A stretch of 64,000 nt of DNA from Alphaproteobacteria bacterium (GTDB lineage: Bacteria; Pseudomonadota; Alphaproteobacteria; G965218375), in NCBI GenBank assembly GCA_965218375.1, contig OZ244618.1, positions 1,917,009 through 1,981,008 of the forward strand, read 5' to 3'. Positions 60,494 through 64,000 of the stretch are shown here, piece by piece. The position numbers and the translations under genes were made by a program. The first letter of the stretch is position 1, and each line of letters begins with the position of its first letter. The notes beneath the pieces were generated by a model. The model made no database searches and had not been told where the DNA came from. It saw only the letters and a program-made list of their open reading frames with translations.

Positions 60494-61138
60494 ATGCCTG
60501 AAATTATCATAGATGGTCCAGAAGGACGTTTAGAATGTTGTTATTTCGAAAGTCGCCAAGAGTTTGCCCCTATAGCTCTTGTCTTTCATCCTCACCCTCT
60601 TTATGGGGGGCATATGAATAACAGGGTCGTCTATAACATGTTTCATGTCTATAGACGTTTAGGATTCTCAGTTCTAAGGTTTAATTTTAGAGGCGTTGGA
60701 CGCAGTCAGGGAAAGTATGATCAAGGACAAGGGGAATTAAGTGACGCAGCTGCGGCCTTAGATTGGCTACAAGCACAAAACCCTGAATCACGGCACTGCT
60801 GGGTGGCTGGTTTTAGCTTTGGATCCCTTATTGCCATGCAGTTGCTGATGAGGCGGCCTGAAATATTAGGGTTTGTGGCTGTTTCGCCACCGACAAATTT
60901 ATATGATTTTTCTTTTCTTGCCCCGTGTCCGAGCTCTGGGTTAATTTTGCAGGGAGGTCAGGATGACATTGTCACTGAACCAGATGTCCAGTCTCTTGTG
61001 ACCAAACTTCAACAGCAACGTGGTATTGATATTATGTACCATGTCATTGATGAGGCGAATCATTTCTTTGAGGGGTGCATTGAAGAATTAAGTAGCGTTA
61101 TTGAAGAGTATGTCCGCAACAGTATGGAGGAGGTATAG
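60494..61138 (+). CDS. alpha/beta hydrolase
   Basis: HPHPLYGG.M, LRFNFRGVG, GFSFG, ANHFF. Confidence 0.92.
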   Translation: MPEIIIDGPEGRLECCYFESRQEFAPIALVFHPHPLYGGHMNNRVVYNMFHVYRRLGFSVLRFNFRGVGRSQGKYDQGQGELSDAAAALDWLQAQNPESRHCWVAGFSFGSLIAMQLLMRRPEILGFVAVSPPTNLYDFSFLAPCPSSGLILQGGQDDIVTEPDVQSLVTKLQQQRGIDIMYHVIDEANHFFEGCIEELSSVIEEYVRNSMEEV

Positions 61139-61446
61139 TTTTTTAAGGTGTGAGGATATCGGCTACGGTATTTCCTTCACTTAAACCTTGCCCCTTGTAC
61201 TTTAAGTGCAACCCTTTGATGGCTGGTTTAGAAAAAAGCCCACGGACCTTGTCACCATAGGGCGTGAGGTTAGTTGAGTACTTTTGCGCTGGAGGCACTC
61301 AACAAACGACTGAACCTATAAACTAAACTAAACTAAACGACACGTGCGATAGTTTGCTGGGATGAGTGGGGTCGCACGATTTTTTAAGTTGGCGTGACGT
61401 ATCCTTATTTTATACCCGCGTGCATAGAGGATTGAATAATATAAAT

Positions 61447-62685
61447 ATGACTAAATTTAAATCGGAGTTTTTAAATACATTAAGTGAAAGAGGTTTTATA
61501 CATCAATGTTCTGGCTTTGATGGTTTGGACGCGCTTTTAACCCAAGGTCAACAAGTTTCAGCCTATGTAGGTTTTGATTGCACTGCTGATAGTTTACATG
61601 TGGGAAGTCTTATTTCTATCATTATGCTGAGGCATTTTCAAAAGAGCGGGCATCGACCTATTGTGGTATTTGGAGGGGGAACGACTCGTATTGGTGATCC
61701 CTCGGGAAAAGATGAGGCGCGCGCTATGCTTAGTAGTGAGACCATTAACGACAATATGAAAAGTTTGCGTTATGTATTCGAAGTGGTCTTGAATCAAGGT
61801 GACGTCAAATTTATTAATAATGCTGAATGGCTAGATCACTTGAAATATATTGATATTTTGCGTGATGTTGGGCGTCATATGTCGGTTAATCGCATGTTGA
61901 CAATGGACAGTGTACGTTTGCGTATCGAGCGGGAGCAACCCTTATCATTCTTAGAATTTAATTACATGGTCTTACAGTCCTATGACTACGTAGAGCTGTT
62001 CCGTCAACATGGTGTCCGATTGCAGATGGGAGGGTCGGACCAGTGGGGTAATATTGTTTCTGGTATTGATTTAGGGCGGCGCATGGGTACTGATCAGTTG
62101 TACGCGTTAACGTCACCGCTCTTAACCACCGCCAGCGGTGCCAAAATGGGAAAAACTGCCCGTGGTGCTGTTTGGTTGAACAAGGAACGTTTATCCTCCT
62201 ATGACTTTTGGCAGTATTGGCGTAATGTTGAAGATGCTGATGTTGGAAAGTTTCTGCGTTTATTTACCGAACTTGATCTTGGGGAAATATCCCGTTTAGA
62301 AAAGTGTCAGGGCGCTGAACTGAATGAAGCAAAAAAGATTCTTGCTAATCAGGTAACAACCCTGGTTCGTGGTTTTGAAGAGGCCCAAGAAGCTGCTGAA
62401 ACAGCACGGAAAACCTTTGAGGAAGGGGGCACGGGTCAGGATTTACCCACGGTGTCAATTCCTCTTGATACCCTCACATCCGGCATATCAGTGATTGATG
62501 CCTTTGTCAGTGCCTTTGGAGGTACTAAGGGTGAGATTCGTCGGTTGATTCAAGGTAAAGGGGTGCGTATCGATAATACGGTGGTCGAGAGCCAAGATAT
62601 GATGCTCACGTCTCAGCATGTCCGTCCTGAAGGCGTGAAGATTTCCATCGGTAAAAAGCGCCATGCTGTTCTAAGGTCGGTATAA
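61447..62685 (+). CDS. tyrS: tyrosine--tRNA ligase
   Basis: GFDCTADSLHVG, QMGGSDQWGN, KMGKT, S4 domain; start placed at MTKFKS. Confidence 0.97.
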   Translation: MTKFKSEFLNTLSERGFIHQCSGFDGLDALLTQGQQVSAYVGFDCTADSLHVGSLISIIMLRHFQKSGHRPIVVFGGGTTRIGDPSGKDEARAMLSSETINDNMKSLRYVFEVVLNQGDVKFINNAEWLDHLKYIDILRDVGRHMSVNRMLTMDSVRLRIEREQPLSFLEFNYMVLQSYDYVELFRQHGVRLQMGGSDQWGNIVSGIDLGRRMGTDQLYALTSPLLTTASGAKMGKTARGAVWLNKERLSSYDFWQYWRNVEDADVGKFLRLFTELDLGEISRLEKCQGAELNEAKKILANQVTTLVRGFEEAQEAAETARKTFEEGGTGQDLPTVSIPLDTLTSGISVIDAFVSAFGGTKGEIRRLIQGKGVRIDNTVVESQDMMLTSQHVRPEGVKISIGKKRHAVLRSV

Positions 62686-62728
62686 GGCAGGCGCGTATCA
62701 TTTTATGGGTATGACCGCCTTTGTGTTT

Positions 62729-64000
62729 TTAGGGTAGGAAAAAGTTCGGTTCTGTCTCTGGTAGGGGGGTGGTGGTATACCCCTCTTCTGGAGGTGTGAT
62801 ACGGACAGGGAGCACAATTTCTGGTGCAGCTTCATTCTTTTGTTCCTCCACTGATTTAACGGTAATATTGCTTTTGTTGTTCTTCAACATGTTGACGATA
62901 AACCCTGGAAACAATATTGTCAGAGGTTGAATTTGGATTTTTGGATTTTTTAATTCTCCCTTTGCTGTGAAGGACATACCAAATATCTCGTCAAACTCTC
63001 CTGTGAATATTGTGCCCATTATGGGGATAATGCTTAGAATTTTATTCATTACATAGACTGGAATTATACTTCCTTCTAGGTCAACGTATTTGGATTTGAT
63101 GTCAATTTTACCTTTCATGCTTATCCCCAGAGAAAGGTTGTGGACATTAATCTTATTAAAGGTAAGGGTATTAGATTCATAGGTAAAGGGGGCATCCAGC
63201 CTTTGGAAAGTGAGGCCTTTATCCTTAATGATTTCGAGAATACCAATCAGGCTGCTAAATTGTAAAAGATGCGCAAATGTAGCGGCTTCTTCCATTTGAA
63301 GATTTTTGATAATTAATTGACCAGTCATGGCGTTAGTGCTGACTTGATCGTTTATTTCCCCCGTCAAAACCAACTCTTGACCGTTTAAGTACGTTTTGGG
63401 GTGAATCAGAGCGTCAAGGAACATTTTACTGTTACTGGCCTCTAGTCGGAAATTACGGAGATTATCTTTCTTGTTTCTCTTCATGGTGAAAAGCAATGGA
63501 TACTTTTCTTCCCCATATACCCCCTTTAATTCACCATTTTCGAGGATACTATTTTGGATGTTAAAGTTGAATTTTATATCTTCAATTTCGATATTTTGTG
63601 TCGGGTACACTTTTGCGAAAGTTCCCAGAATTGATATATCTGGATAAGTACCTGGTTTTTGGTTCATTATTTTGTCGGCTAATTTTGTAATATACGGTGT
63701 CATGTCCAGGCTTTGACCACTAATTGCCACAATAAGGCGACCCGTTGTATCCTTTCCAATAGCGGCGGAGAAGTCGTTTTTTCCCCATTTAAGATTCTTA
63801 ATGGTGAATTTATCAAGCTCACCTTCAGCAGTCAGGGTCGCCTCCCCTTGCATCAAGAAGTCCTTCATTTGAAAGTCAATGTTTTGAATGATGATTTTAT
63901 CAGGGTTTAAGCTATCTATGGTGACCGTAGCCGTTAGGTGGGATTTTTCCCCATGCTGTTTAGTTAAAACCTGAGGAATGACTATTTTTGTATTGGTTAG
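62729..64000 (-). CDS. YhdP/AsmA-like protein, C-terminal part (runs off window end)
   Basis: Frame stays open to 64000; beta-rich, with GSIIPVY..N.ILS.IPI.G and G.L.NP.I tail. Confidence 0.75.
   Translation of the reverse strand, partial: LTNTKIVIPQVLTKQHGEKSHLTATVTIDSLNPDKIIIQNIDFQMKDFLMQGEATLTAEGELDKFTIKNLKWGKNDFSAAIGKDTTGRLIVAISGQSLDMTPYITKLADKIMNQKPGTYPDISILGTFAKVYPTQNIEIEDIKFNFNIQNSILENGELKGVYGEEKYPLLFTMKRNKKDNLRNFRLEASNSKMFLDALIHPKTYLNGQELVLTGEINDQVSTNAMTGQLIIKNLQMEEAATFAHLLQFSSLIGILEIIKDKGLTFQRLDAPFTYESNTLTFNKINVHNLSLGISMKGKIDIKSKYVDLEGSIIPVYVMNKILSIIPIMGTIFTGEFDEIFGMSFTAKGELKNPKIQIQPLTILFPGFIVNMLKNNKSNITVKSVEEQKNEAAPEIVLPVRITPPEEGYTTTPLPETEPNFFLP

Overview
Chromosomal window from an alphaproteobacterium (MipZ, ALA synthase HemA, short-form HisG, Rhodospirillales-like gene order, AT-rich intergenic DNA). 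Most of it is housekeeping: about 45 CDS, RNase P RNA and three tRNAs (Glu-TTC, Thr-GGT, Phe-GAA). The accessory DNA is two homologous, mutually inverted mini-islands at the 3' ends of tRNA-Thr (about 25.2-31.3 kb) and tRNA-Phe (about 40.2-42.1 kb). Each has a decayed Rci/HP1-type tyrosine recombinase facing paralogs of one protein family (three copies in total). The proteins have an N-terminal array of 12-aa pentapeptide-like repeats (about 10, 28 and 11 units), a hypervariable charged linker and a C-terminal membrane module. The paralogs are mosaics of one another, and all three leaders carry a perfect TTAA-N7-TTAAC (CtrA-type) box whose spacer has diverged. A 21-bp x5 tandem array marks the edge of the larger island. 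This variable-repeat membrane-protein locus is the best candidate for an undescribed system. All product calls come from motif recognition only; no database searches were run.
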